This document shows positions 9,607 through 19,320 of a DNA stretch of 42,653 bases, one piece after another. Location of the stretch: NCBI GenBank assembly GCA_964388265.1, contig CAYLXZ010000002.1:1-42653 (forward strand), written 5' to 3'. The DNA is from Candidatus Micrarchaeota archaeon. Lineage in GTDB: Archaea; B1Sed10-29. The stretch's first letter is position 1; each line of letters begins with the position of its first letter. The translations under genes and the position numbers were made by a program. The notes below the pieces were generated by a model that searched no databases, was not told the origin of the DNA, and saw only the letters and a list, made by a program, of their open reading frames with translations.

Positions 9607-10266
9607 ATGGATGAAGATAGGAAGATAGAGTCAGGTGTATTCGACGAGTACACCAAGAAAACGATCTACAAGCTGCAGAACAAAGGATACTTCGAGACAC
9701 TGGACTTCCCAATATCCACCGGGAAAGAAGCAGACGTATACAGAGGAACCACGAAAAACGAAGAACACATCGCAGTAAAAATATACAGAATCGAAACATC
9801 TAAATTCAGAGAAATGCGAGGATACCTGGCCTACGACCCTCGATTCGAAGAAATAAAACCAACGAAAAGAGGATTAGTCGAAGAATGGTGTAAAAAAGAA
9901 TACAAAAACCTTCGAGACGCTCGAGAAGCAGGAGTAAGATGCCCGAAGCCAATTAAAACAATGAAAAACGTTCTCCTAATGGAATACATCGGCCTGAAAG
10001 ACGGTTCACCGGCACCAATGCTCAAAAACGCGGACCCGGAAAACCCAGAAAAAACCATGGAAACCATCGAGAGATACATAGACCTCATGTACGAAGAAGC
10101 AGGCATAGTCCACAGCGATTTAAGCGAATTCAACGTATTAATACAAGATCAAGAACCAGTTATAATCGACATGGGGCAAGCCGTGAGCGTGAAACACCCA
10201 CGAGCCCAAGACTTCCTTGAAAGAGACAGAGAGAACATAAAGAAATTTACAAGGAAGATTAAATAA
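9607..10266 (+). CDS. rio1: RIO1 family serine/threonine kinase
   Basis: ISTGKEADVY, AVKIYR, VHSDLSEFN, IIDMGQAV; conserved position upstream of the KH protein and topo VI. Confidence 0.93.
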   Translation: MDEDRKIESGVFDEYTKKTIYKLQNKGYFETLDFPISTGKEADVYRGTTKNEEHIAVKIYRIETSKFREMRGYLAYDPRFEEIKPTKRGLVEEWCKKEYKNLRDAREAGVRCPKPIKTMKNVLLMEYIGLKDGSPAPMLKNADPENPEKTMETIERYIDLMYEEAGIVHSDLSEFNVLIQDQEPVIIDMGQAVSVKHPRAQDFLERDRENIKKFTRKIK

Positions 10267-10278
10267 CACTTAGGAGAG

Positions 10279-10377
10279 TTAATCATCGTCCTTTCCAAAG
10301 GATCTGTCTATTCCTCCTACATTTCCCTTCTTAAGGTCATCTTCCATCTTCTTAGCTATATTCCCGAGTGTTGTCAT
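10279..10377 (-). CDS. Putative 32-aa small protein MTTLGNIAKKMEDDLKKGNVGGIDRSFGKDDD
   Basis: Read by hand: AGGAGGTG SD 5 nt before the ATG and CGAAGCTATAAATA BRE/TATA at ~10434-10447; fills an otherwise empty gap. Confidence 0.6.
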   Translation of the reverse strand: MTTLGNIAKKMEDDLKKGNVGGIDRSFGKDDD

Positions 10378-10510
10378 CTGCGCACCTCCTTTTTCAGTTT
10401 ATACTGAGACAGTGGAATTAATACCCGGAGAAATATTTATAGCTTCGGGAAAATTGATTACATAAGGCTTTTTACCCACGGACCCTTTAATCATCTACAG
10501 AGGATTGGAA

Positions 10511-11692
10511 ATGAACAGATACACAGCCGTTTTATTCGACATCGATGGAACGCTCATAGACCTCGACGCGGTTATAAAAGGCATAAACAAAGCCCTCAAA
10601 GAAAACGGGCTGGAAGAAATGCCCGAAGAAAAAATAGTAGACGATATAATCGGATACAGATTAGCCGAAAGACTGCCAGATCTCCTGAACATAGACAAGG
10701 AGAAAGCGAAAGAAGTGAGCAAAGACTACACCGATTACTACCTCGACCACCACAAAGAAAGCGATCCCTACCCAGGAGTCAAAGAAACGCTGGCAGAACT
10801 CCGGGAAAAAGGATTCAAAATCGGTTTAGTCACAACGAAGAAAAGAGCAGAAGCACTATCATCCATCGAAACATACCCCGAGATAATCTACGACGTCCTA
10901 ATAGGTGGAGACGACGTTGAAAACGTTAAACCCGATCCAGAGCCCCTGGAAAAAGCATGTGAAAAACTCGGATTGAACCCGAAAGAAACCCTATACGTCG
11001 GAGACCACGTGGTAGACGTTGAAACAGCGAAAAACGCAGGATGCGACTGCGTAGCCATTACCACAGGCGTACACGGCAGAGAAAAACTTGAAGAAGCAGG
11101 AGCAGAGAACATAGTGGACAGCGTGAAAGAAGTCCTACCCATCGCAATGTCCGATGCTGAAGAGATAGAAAAAACCGTTAAAGTACCGAAGGACAGATTA
11201 GGAGCCGTCATAGGTAAAAAAGGAAGGACAAAAAAAGAGATAGAGGAAAAAACAAGCGTTAACTTAGACATAGATTCAGAGACCGGTGAAATAACCATCA
11301 CTCGCTATCTCGGAAGAGCTCCAGAGAAGTCCATAAAAGCAACCGACGTCGTGCGAGCCATAGCAAGCGGGTTTTCACCCCAAAAAGCTTTTAAACTACT
11401 AGAACCAAAAGTATACATAGAAACACTTGATCTAAAAGACTACGTAGGACATTCAAACAAGAGAATAACGAGAGTAAAATCACGGATAATAGGGAAAAAG
11501 GGCAAAGCAAGAAGAAACATCGAGAACCTCACCGAGACACACATATCAATAAAAGGAAAGAGGGTCTCCATAATAGGTGAGATCCACAAGGTAAAACTCG
11601 CTAAAAGAGGAATAGAAAAACTGATAGAAGGATCCCCACATAGTGGAGTCTACAAACTCCTGGAAAAAGAAAGGAAAAAGATAATAAGCTAA
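10511..11692 (+). CDS. Fusion of a HAD-superfamily phosphatase (Gph/PpaX-like) and an archaeal Dim2/Pno1-type double-KH ribosome biogenesis protein
   Basis: FDIDGTL, TTK, KPDP and VGDHVVD motifs; then VPKDRLGAVIGKKG, AIASGFSP, SRIIGKKG and LIEGSPHSGVY. One frame with no stop between the domains. Confidence 0.88.
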   Translation: MNRYTAVLFDIDGTLIDLDAVIKGINKALKENGLEEMPEEKIVDDIIGYRLAERLPDLLNIDKEKAKEVSKDYTDYYLDHHKESDPYPGVKETLAELREKGFKIGLVTTKKRAEALSSIETYPEIIYDVLIGGDDVENVKPDPEPLEKACEKLGLNPKETLYVGDHVVDVETAKNAGCDCVAITTGVHGREKLEEAGAENIVDSVKEVLPIAMSDAEEIEKTVKVPKDRLGAVIGKKGRTKKEIEEKTSVNLDIDSETGEITITRYLGRAPEKSIKATDVVRAIASGFSPQKAFKLLEPKVYIETLDLKDYVGHSNKRITRVKSRIIGKKGKARRNIENLTETHISIKGKRVSIIGEIHKVKLAKRGIEKLIEGSPHSGVYKLLEKERKKIIS

Positions 11693-11737
11693 ACCCATTT
11701 AACAAACCAAAGGAAAGTTAAATCACAGGTGACGCAT

Positions 11738-13279
11738 GTGCCAGAACCCGAACAGTTCAAAGAATTCCAAGAACACTCAGTAGCCGAGTTCTTCAAGAAA
11801 AACAGGCAAATGCTCGGTTACTCAGGTAAAATAAAAAGCCTGACAACCGTAATACACGAATACGTAACCAACGCCGTAGACGCATGTGAAGAAGAAGGAA
11901 CACTCCCCGAGATATTCCTCAAGATAGAGGAAATGGGTCCAGAACACTACAAAGTAATCATAGAAGACAACGGGCCCGGCATACCCGAGAACTACGTGGG
12001 AAGAGCCTTCGGACAGATGCTCGCAGGTACCAAGTTCCATAGATTCGTACAACAAAGAGGACAACAAGGAATAGGAGCAGCAGGAGCCGTGATGTTCGGT
12101 CAAGTCACCACAGGCAAGCCAACCAAAGTCATAACCGGACATGGAAGCGGAGAAGTATTCGAAGCCGACCTATCAATAGACGTTAAAGATAATTCAGCTA
12201 AATTAGAGAATAAAAAGAAATACAGCGGGGAAATGAAAGGGACAAGACTCGAAACAGAACTCAAAAACGTCATGTACCAAAAAGGAAGATACAGCCCCGA
12301 TGAATACCTAAGAAGAACAGCCCTCGCAAACCCACACCTCAAGATAACCTACGTAGACCCAGAAGGAGCTACCACAGTCTATGACAGAGCCGTAGACGAA
12401 ATTCCACCAACACCAAAAGAAGCAAAGCCACACCCAAACGGCATCACTGTAGACGACCTACTGGGATACTCCTCAGTCACAGAGTCCACGAAGATCAAGA
12501 CCTTCCTAAAGAACGACTTCACCAGAATAAGTTCAAAGAAGGTCAAAGAGATACAGGAAAAAGTCAGCTTCGACTTAAACAAAAAACCCAGCGCCCTTGA
12601 ATGGGACGAAGCAGAGGAACTATCCAACACATTCGAAGAAACAAGCTTCATGGCACCCCCAACCGATGTATTAATACCTATCGGAGAGGAAACACTTGAA
12701 AAAGCCATAGAAGAACAGCTCGACCCAGAATTCAAAGCAGTAGTCGAGAGAAAACCCACCATATACAGAGGAGGAGTTCCATTCATCGTTGAAGTCGGCT
12801 TAGCATACGGTGGAGAAGCCGGAAACGACAACGGAAACGATAACCTTGAATTAATGAGATTCGCAAACAGAGTGCCTCTCCTATTCAACAAAGGAGCCTG
12901 CGCAACATCCAAAGCAGTCGAATCCATTGACTGGAGCCGATACGGAGTCGAAGACAACACACCTCTAACCGTCCTAATCAACTTCACATCCATACACGTT
13001 CCCTACGTAGGAGCAGGTAAAAAAGCGATATCAGACGAAGAAGAAGTAGTCAAAGAAATGAGATTAGCAATGATGAAAGCCGCTCGAAAAATGGGGAAAT
13101 ACATAAAAGGAAAAAAGAAGAGATACAAAAGAAAACAAAAGAAGAAAACATTCGAAACCTACATACCAGAGATATCCGGAGCCCTATACGAGATAACCGG
13201 GAAAAACGAAGATGATATAAGAAAACACCTCGAATCCATCGTTGAAGAAAGATTCGCGGACCTCGAAGAGGATGATTAA
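11738..13279 (+). CDS. top6B: DNA topoisomerase VI subunit B
   Basis: SVAEFFKKNRQMLG, HEYVTNAVDA, EDNGPGIP, RGQQGIG, RFANRVPLL. Start GTG 11738 after AGGTGA (track gives 11729). Confidence 0.96.
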   Translation: MPEPEQFKEFQEHSVAEFFKKNRQMLGYSGKIKSLTTVIHEYVTNAVDACEEEGTLPEIFLKIEEMGPEHYKVIIEDNGPGIPENYVGRAFGQMLAGTKFHRFVQQRGQQGIGAAGAVMFGQVTTGKPTKVITGHGSGEVFEADLSIDVKDNSAKLENKKKYSGEMKGTRLETELKNVMYQKGRYSPDEYLRRTALANPHLKITYVDPEGATTVYDRAVDEIPPTPKEAKPHPNGITVDDLLGYSSVTESTKIKTFLKNDFTRISSKKVKEIQEKVSFDLNKKPSALEWDEAEELSNTFEETSFMAPPTDVLIPIGEETLEKAIEEQLDPEFKAVVERKPTIYRGGVPFIVEVGLAYGGEAGNDNGNDNLELMRFANRVPLLFNKGACATSKAVESIDWSRYGVEDNTPLTVLINFTSIHVPYVGAGKKAISDEEEVVKEMRLAMMKAARKMGKYIKGKKKRYKRKQKKKTFETYIPEISGALYEITGKNEDDIRKHLESIVEERFADLEEDD

Positions 13280-13280
13280 A

Positions 13281-13371
13281 ATGAATTCCACTCCTCAAAA
13301 ACTAAAAAACGAAGGTGAACAATAAAATGAAAAACACCCTATCCTTCCAAGAGACAAAGGAGGAACGATAA
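13281..13371 (+). other. Two tandem 14-codon mini-ORFs (13281-13325, 13327-13371) filling the top6B-top6A spacer
   Basis: TAA-N-ATG junction occurs three times at a 46-nt period, each ATG preceded by an SD-like purine run. Translation is not demonstrated. Confidence 0.45.
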
Positions 13372-13372
13372 G

Positions 13373-14464
13373 ATGGCTGAAGACATGAAGAAAGAATCTC
13401 TGGACAAGCTGGAGGACCTTGGGGACAACCTGCTGGATCAATTGAATAAAAAAGAACCTCCATCACTGAGTATACCCAGCAGAACCAGGTCAAACGTAAA
13501 GTTCAACAAAGACAAGGAAATAGTAGATATAACCGGTAAAAGATCAACCAGATCATTCATAAACGCTTCACACGTAAGGAAATTCATGCAAACCCTACTC
13601 GTAGCAAAAGCAAGTGAAGAATACATAAAAAACAACAGAACCGTAGGGAAAAGAGAGCTTTACTACAACCTAAAACACAAACTGCCGGGAACGAGCAAGA
13701 ACACCTGGGAAGACGACGATGAATCCAGCGCAGTAATAGACGACCTTGAAGCAATACTCGACCTCCCAAGATCACAGCTACATATAGGAGCAAAAAGCAA
13801 AGGATCCATATACGGAGACATAACGCTAAAACAAGCAGGAGACGAATTCTCATGTAAAAACCTCGGTAAAGGTGGATGGTCAATACCCGGAAACGTAGAA
13901 GACGTAGAAATAGGCGACTACGATGCGGAAAGAATTCTTTTCATAGAGAACGATGCGATGCAAGCCAGGCTAATAGAAGAGGAAGCATATGAGAAACTCA
14001 ACGCCCTTCTCGTAAATGGAGAGGGAGTGCCTCCAAGAGGAGTCAGGAGGTTCGTCAAAAAACTCCAAGAAGAAACGAATTTACCCGTAATAGTATTCGT
14101 AGATGGAGATCCATACGGTTTCTATATCCACAGCGTCATAAAACACGGGTCAATACAACTCGCCCACATAAACGACAGGTTCTCAATACCTGAAGCAAAG
14201 TACATAGGAATGACCATGGACGATATAGACAACTATGGCCTACAAAACGTTACAGAAAACCTGGGTAAAGGCGCTAGAAAGAAACTTGAACACAACCTGA
14301 ACTACGAATGGTTCCAATACCATCCAGAATGGGTTGATCAGATGAAAAAGATGAAGGAGAAAGGAGTTAGAATAGAGCAACAGGCCCTTGCCAACAAGTC
14401 CCTCGAATTCGTCGCCGACACCTACCTACCCGAAAAACTCGAAAACGAAGAGTTCCTACCCTAA
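13373..14464 (+). CDS. top6A: DNA topoisomerase VI subunit A
   Basis: RELYY catalytic Tyr, Toprim Glu (FIEND) and DGDPYG, RIEQQAL; follows top6B. Confidence 0.96.
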   Translation: MAEDMKKESLDKLEDLGDNLLDQLNKKEPPSLSIPSRTRSNVKFNKDKEIVDITGKRSTRSFINASHVRKFMQTLLVAKASEEYIKNNRTVGKRELYYNLKHKLPGTSKNTWEDDDESSAVIDDLEAILDLPRSQLHIGAKSKGSIYGDITLKQAGDEFSCKNLGKGGWSIPGNVEDVEIGDYDAERILFIENDAMQARLIEEEAYEKLNALLVNGEGVPPRGVRRFVKKLQEETNLPVIVFVDGDPYGFYIHSVIKHGSIQLAHINDRFSIPEAKYIGMTMDDIDNYGLQNVTENLGKGARKKLEHNLNYEWFQYHPEWVDQMKKMKEKGVRIEQQALANKSLEFVADTYLPEKLENEEFLP

Positions 14465-14533
14465 CGCAAGATAAATACAAAAACTTATTAATAGCCCGAT
14501 CCATAAATAGACATAGATTGAAAAGGTGGAAAA

Positions 14534-14923
14534 ATGAAGGTTCTCAGATGCCAGAACAAAGAGGAACTCATGGAAAGACTAAGCGAGATAGATAAATCAC
14601 ACAGAGAAGTATACGTATCACTCAGACCCACCCAAGAGATAGTGGACAAACTCGTAGACGAAGCAGAAGCTCTTGAAGAGCTTAAATGCCCTGAAAGCCT
14701 ATATTACCAGGTTGGAGAGAAAGTAAATCAGAAACTCGAAGAAGAAGGCATCGAACTAAACCCAGGAGACTTCTCACCAGGCAGGCCAAGGAAATACAGC
14801 GAAACAGAGATACAGAGAATGATCGAGATGAGAGAACAAGGCACGCCCGTAAAAGAGATAAGCGAACAGATGGATGTTCCAATCAGAACAATCTACTTCT
14901 ATCTAAATAAAAGAATGGAGTAA
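14534..14923 (+). CDS. DUF1699-like protein with C-terminal resolvase-type HTH
   Basis: EVYVSLRPT..IV, CPESLY, GRPRKY linker then the HTH (PVKEISEQMDVPIRTIY). Confidence 0.72.
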   Translation: MKVLRCQNKEELMERLSEIDKSHREVYVSLRPTQEIVDKLVDEAEALEELKCPESLYYQVGEKVNQKLEEEGIELNPGDFSPGRPRKYSETEIQRMIEMREQGTPVKEISEQMDVPIRTIYFYLNKRME

Positions 14924-14926
14924 AAT

Positions 14927-15250
14927 TCATTCCTCTAAATCAATTTTACCTTTCTTCAACTTATCCATAACATCTTCATGTCCTTTTAAAGCATTTTCTT
15001 CTGATTCGTAGCGTTCACTGTAAACAGAGTTACCTAAATCCGGTTCTCCTTCTTTGAAGGAGAATATACTTGTCTCATACCTGCCTTTATCCTGAACATT
15101 GCTTATTATCTTTTCATTGAATGATTCCTTCATCTCAGGAGGTAGAAGATCAACTGTGGAGACAAGGTACTTGTCATCGTTCTGTTTTACTACGTGTTTC
15201 TTCAATCCTGTTTCTTTTTTTTCGAGTACTTCAAAGTTTTCTTCAGCCAT
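14927..15250 (-). CDS. Hypothetical acidic protein
   Basis: ORF with YLVSTVDL and YETSIF. Start likely ATG 15250, leaderless, about 25 nt below TATATAAAAA at ~15272-15282. Confidence 0.65.
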   Translation of the reverse strand: MAEENFEVLEKKETGLKKHVVKQNDDKYLVSTVDLLPPEMKESFNEKIISNVQDKGRYETSIFSFKEGEPDLGNSVYSERYESEENALKGHEDVMDKLKKGKIDLEE

Positions 15251-15320
15251 GTTGAAAGTAAGGTAAGGGTGATTTTTATATACAGGGGGAAACTTAACCA
15301 TTACCAGTGTGTTTCGAGAA

Positions 15321-15393
15321 GTCGGGGTAGCTCAGGCGGAAGAGCACATGGCTGTTAACCGTGCGGTCAAGGGTTCGAATCCCTTCCCCGACG
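15321..15393 (+). tRNA. tRNA-Asn (GTT), no intron, CCA not encoded
   Basis: Cloverleaf: GTCGGGG/CCCCGAC acceptor, GCTC/GAGC D-stem, CATGG/CCGTG anticodon stem with loop CTGTTAA, AAGGG-TTCGAAT-CCCTT T-arm, discriminator G. Confidence 0.96.
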
Positions 15394-15429
15394 TCTTAAT
15401 TCTCAGGGAATGGAGAAAGGATCATTCAT

Positions 15430-15987
15430 ATGATCGGAGATGGAGAGGTAGAATCAATAGACGTAAAACAGATTATTCTACTAGCTATTCTAGTAGGTGT
15501 ATTTTCCTCTGTATTATATATGATAGGTGGGTTCTCCCGCAATCCTGCTCTCTTGTTTGGGTCTTTAGCTGCCTGTTTCATTCCTCCAGCAGGGAAGGAA
15601 TCTATAATCCCTATAATGATAGCAGGTGGACTTGAGCCTGTCATAATATTCGTTGGGATATTTCTACTGGATTTAACCGCTTGCTTCATTATCTTAACGT
15701 GCTTTGAAGTAATTGATTACCTTATTTACAGGACAGGTTTCCTGAAGAGGAAAGTTCAGAAGATTGAGAATAAGGTGAATAGGTTCGAAAAATACGATTT
15801 GGTTAGCCTAGGGCTCATTGGATTTATGTTCCTTCCTTTCCAGGGAACTGGAGCTATTACCACGTCTATCTTGGCTCAGTTCCTTCGTTTGCCTGATTGG
15901 AAGACCTTGGTAGTTGTGATAATCGGCTCAGTAACCTCCAGCCTCTTTTACCTAGGTTTAACCCTGGGTGTGATACAGTTATTCTAG
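15430..15987 (+). CDS. Putative small multi-drug export family membrane protein (COG2426-like)
   Basis: Hydrophobic; IPPAGKESIIP and FLPFQGTGAITTSILA motifs. Confidence 0.7.
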   Translation: MIGDGEVESIDVKQIILLAILVGVFSSVLYMIGGFSRNPALLFGSLAACFIPPAGKESIIPIMIAGGLEPVIIFVGIFLLDLTACFIILTCFEVIDYLIYRTGFLKRKVQKIENKVNRFEKYDLVSLGLIGFMFLPFQGTGAITTSILAQFLRLPDWKTLVVVIIGSVTSSLFYLGLTLGVIQLF

Positions 15988-16874
15988 AGTAATTCACTGT
16001 CTTCTTTTATGCGTTCCAGAATTTTCTTAAAGTGTTTCCTGTACTTTTGGCTCTTCTCCACTACTGGAGTCATCTCAACCAAGAAATCTACAAATACCTT
16101 GTCGTAAGGTATTTTGCCTAGTATTTCAACGTCTTTTTCTCTAGCAAATTTCTCTATTTCCTTTGAGTGCTCTTTATTTAGGTCGAATTTATTTATTATT
16201 AATCCATAGGGAATGCCGAAGTGTTCAACTATATCCAGAGCTCTTTTTAGGTCGCTTAAAGCTGCTGGAGATGGTTCTGTTACTGCTACCACGTAGTCAC
16301 TGTCCCTTACCGATGCTATCACCGGACAGCTTATCCCTGCTGCAGAATCGCTTATAATTAGTTCCTTGTTCTCCTCGCGGGCTTCTTCCTTTATGACATC
16401 TACAACATTCCCGGATCCAGATTCTCCCATTTTAAGCTGGCCTGAAAGTAATGGAAAACCGTAATCTGTATTTATCTTTGTTAAAGAAGCATTATTAACT
16501 TCTTCAAGTTCAAATACGTCTTCTGGACAGGCTATTTTGCAGGCTCCGCATCCTTCGCATAGGAATTTATTCACTTCTGGCTTCTTCTCTTCCTCGTTCC
16601 ATTGAATTGCTGAGAAGGTACACAGATTAACACATTTCTTACAGTTTTCTCCTTGACATTTACTTGGATTCTTTACAAACGCTTTTTCGTTTGTGGATAT
16701 TTCTCGGTCTTCAAATGGTTCATTGTTACCTAGAAGAATGGATAGGTTAGATGCGTCTACATCACAGTCTGTTGCTATTATGTCTTTATCTTCAGATAGT
16801 AGAACTGCTAGTGAGGAAGTTACCGTGCTTTTCCCTGTTCCTCCTTTCCCTGAAAGTACTGTTATTTCTTTCAT
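15984..16874 (-). CDS. MinD-superfamily P-loop ATPase with inserted ferredoxin domain (COG1149), copy 2
   Basis: SGKGGTGKST, DCDVDA, CEGCGACKIACP, AAGISCPV, VTEPSP. Confidence 0.9.
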   Translation of the reverse strand: MKEITVLSGKGGTGKSTVTSSLAVLLSEDKDIIATDCDVDASNLSILLGNNEPFEDREISTNEKAFVKNPSKCQGENCKKCVNLCTFSAIQWNEEEKKPEVNKFLCEGCGACKIACPEDVFELEEVNNASLTKINTDYGFPLLSGQLKMGESGSGNVVDVIKEEAREENKELIISDSAAGISCPVIASVRDSDYVVAVTEPSPAALSDLKRALDIVEHFGIPYGLIINKFDLNKEHSKEIEKFAREKDVEILGKIPYDKVFVDFLVEMTPVVEKSQKYRKHFKKILERIKEDSELL

Positions 16875-17701
16875 TGAATCGCCTCGAGTATTTTATTTAT
16901 CTGTTTATGTTCTATAGGTTCTCCTGCAGCGTATTTTTCCTGTATTTCTTTGCTGTACGGTATTTTACCTATTACTCTCGAATTATAATCTTCAGCTATC
17001 TTCAGCGTTTTCTCGTCACTTGATATGTCTGCTCTGTTTATCACTGTCCTCGAAGGTATTTCAAGTTCCTTTACAAGCTGTAGGATTAGGTCCAAGTCAT
17101 GATTTCCTAGTGGGGTTGGTTCAGTGACTGCTATAGCTAGATCTGTTCCTGTTAAAGCAGCTATTACGGGGCAGTGTGTTCCTGCAGCAGTATCTATTAT
17201 TATGTGATCATATTGGTCTTCTTCGCCTTTGATGTAGTCTTTAACTGCATTTACAACTAGACTGGATTCTTCAATACCTGGTTTAAGTTCCCCTTTGATT
17301 AATGTTATGTTTCCTTTCTCTCCCTTATATATTGAACCTATTTTTTGTTTTGATTCGCTTATAGCATCTACTGGGCATGTGTATTCACATGTTTTACATC
17401 CTGTACATTGATCTTTAACTAGGAAGGGTGCTTCTCCCTTTACTTGTACTAAAGCGTTTTCTCTACATGCTTCTACGCATTTTCCGCATCGGATGCATTT
17501 TTCTTCATCTATCTCCGGTATCATGTTCTCTACTTCTTTAATCTTTTCGGTATCTATAGAGAGGATTAGGTCATCGTCTGGACAATCTACATCAGCATCT
17601 ATGAGAAGTATTTCTTTGCTTTCTGCTAGTTTGTTGGCTAGCGCTGTAGCTACTGTGGATTTTCCTGTTCCTCCTTTTCCTCCTGTTACAGCTATCTTCA
17701 T
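16871..17701 (-). CDS. MinD-superfamily P-loop ATPase with inserted ferredoxin domain (COG1149), copy 1
   Basis: GGKGGTGKST, DADVDCP, CIRCGKCVEAC, CTGCKTCEYTCP, VTEPTPLG. Confidence 0.9.
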   Translation of the reverse strand: MKIAVTGGKGGTGKSTVATALANKLAESKEILLIDADVDCPDDDLILSIDTEKIKEVENMIPEIDEEKCIRCGKCVEACRENALVQVKGEAPFLVKDQCTGCKTCEYTCPVDAISESKQKIGSIYKGEKGNITLIKGELKPGIEESSLVVNAVKDYIKGEEDQYDHIIIDTAAGTHCPVIAALTGTDLAIAVTEPTPLGNHDLDLILQLVKELEIPSRTVINRADISSDEKTLKIAEDYNSRVIGKIPYSKEIQEKYAAGEPIEHKQINKILEAIQ

Positions 17702-18067
17702 TTAATCAACCTTCTCTACCCCATAATCTTTGCCTTTTCCAGGCTTGCAGGGATTACTGGACTCTTCCAGTTTTCCTTTCAAGTATTTGTTTATCACTTC
17801 TTCTACTTCTCCTTTTGCTCCTGAGATTACATTCACGTCGAATTCTTCGAATAATGAGATTGCTCTTCTACCTATGCCGCTGGTTATCATTAAGTCAATT
17901 TCCTTCTTGTTGAAGAATTTAGGCAGATAACCTGGTTTGTGTCCTGGGTTCTCTATCTCTCGTTTTTCAGTTACTTCACCGTCTTTTATTGTTACCATTG
18001 TGAATTCAGGGGCTCTTCCAAAGTGCCCTGCTACTTTCCCTGAATCTGTTGGAATCGCTATCTTCAT
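17702..18067 (-). CDS. NifB/NifX (Nitro_FeMo-Co) family protein
   Basis: MKIAIP, GHFGRAPEF, ENPGH, GIGRRA. Confidence 0.88.
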   Translation of the reverse strand: MKIAIPTDSGKVAGHFGRAPEFTMVTIKDGEVTEKREIENPGHKPGYLPKFFNKKEIDLMITSGIGRRAISLFEEFDVNVISGAKGEVEEVINKYLKGKLEESSNPCKPGKGKDYGVEKVD

Positions 18068-19320
18068 ATTTTGTCTCCTGATTTCTTTGTTGGTTCTTTC
18101 AGTAATTCCAACTCGTTCTTTCTGAGTTTTTCAGCTACTTCTTCCACAGTTTTTCCCTTTGTTTTGTATATGTCAGCGAAGCAGTCTCTTAGTGTATGGA
18201 AACTGATTTCTCCAATGCTTCGAACAACTACTGCACCTATATTTTCTTTGCATAGGTCTCTGGATAGAGATAATCCTGCTCTTACTTCTTTCTCTCTATA
18301 TTCATTTTTAAGTGTTTTTTGTAACTCCATTTCTTTTGAAGTTAATTCAACAAAAGCTATGTGACTGCATCTGCCGAGGTGATCGCTTACTTCTGATTTT
18401 ATTCCTTTATCTTCCTCAATAGGTATTGCTACAAGTCTTTTCTGGGGTTTGTAGGGCTCGACGTGAACCACTATGGATTCAAGGCTTTTTACCTTTTCTT
18501 TGGCTTCTTCCTCTATTTGGTCAGCTACTACGTGAGTTCTTTCCACATCTGCTGATCTGCTTGTTTTCACTGTTAATTCTCCTAGTGTAAATGGTCCGGA
18601 TCTTCTGAGCTTTATGTTGTTCACTTCTTTAACTCCGTTTATTTTTTCAGCTATCTGTTTTATCTTTTCTTGCTCTTCGGAGCTTGGGCTCACATCCATG
18701 AGGGAGAATAGTGAGTCCTTCACTGTTTCAAGTCCTTCTTTAAGAATGAATAGTGCTATCCCTATTGTAACTGCTCCTTCCACGTAAGGTATTTCTAGGA
18801 AGGTGGCTCCGATTGCTATAAAGACGACTAGAGATGAAAGCACATCTGCCAGTGTCTCTCTGGAGTTTGCTAGTAGTGATGGTGATCCTGTTTCCTCTCC
18901 TTTCTTTTTCAGGTACCTCATCAGATAGAATGATACTACAACGGATGCTAGAGCTGTTCCCATTGCTAGTAGAGGTTGAGAGATAGTTGATATTTCAAAT
19001 AATCTGTTGTACCCTTCAATAGCGAACTCTACAGCTACATATATTATAATTATTGATATTAGGAAGGATGCTATGTTCTCTGCTTTGTAATAACCATAAG
19101 GGAATCTTTCATCTGGCTCTCTCTGCGAAAGACGTAGACTAAGTATAGAGGCAGCTGCTACTACTAAATCAATAGTTGAATGTAAAGCATCTGTTAATAG
19201 AGCTATACTGCCACTTATAAGCCCTACTACAGCTTTACCTATAGCTAGTAATAAGGTAATTACTGTTACTTTTACAGCTGCCTTTTCCCCTTTCTTTAAT
19301 TTATTGATTTCTTCCTTCAT
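18064..19320 (-). CDS. Cation diffusion facilitator transporter fused to a C-terminal NifB/NifX domain
   Basis: SIALLTDALHS, FPYGYYKAE, VHVEP; then VAIP...SDHLGRC...IGEISF. Confidence 0.88.
   Translation of the reverse strand: MKEEINKLKKGEKAAVKVTVITLLLAIGKAVVGLISGSIALLTDALHSTIDLVVAAASILSLRLSQREPDERFPYGYYKAENIASFLISIIIIYVAVEFAIEGYNRLFEISTISQPLLAMGTALASVVVSFYLMRYLKKKGEETGSPSLLANSRETLADVLSSLVVFIAIGATFLEIPYVEGAVTIGIALFILKEGLETVKDSLFSLMDVSPSSEEQEKIKQIAEKINGVKEVNNIKLRRSGPFTLGELTVKTSRSADVERTHVVADQIEEEAKEKVKSLESIVVHVEPYKPQKRLVAIPIEEDKGIKSEVSDHLGRCSHIAFVELTSKEMELQKTLKNEYREKEVRAGLSLSRDLCKENIGAVVVRSIGEISFHTLRDCFADIYKTKGKTVEEVAEKLRKNELELLKEPTKKSGDKI

Noticed and set aside
15309-15635. 108-aa ORF in the track
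   Set aside because: It overlaps the tRNA-Asn and a better-supported CDS in another frame.
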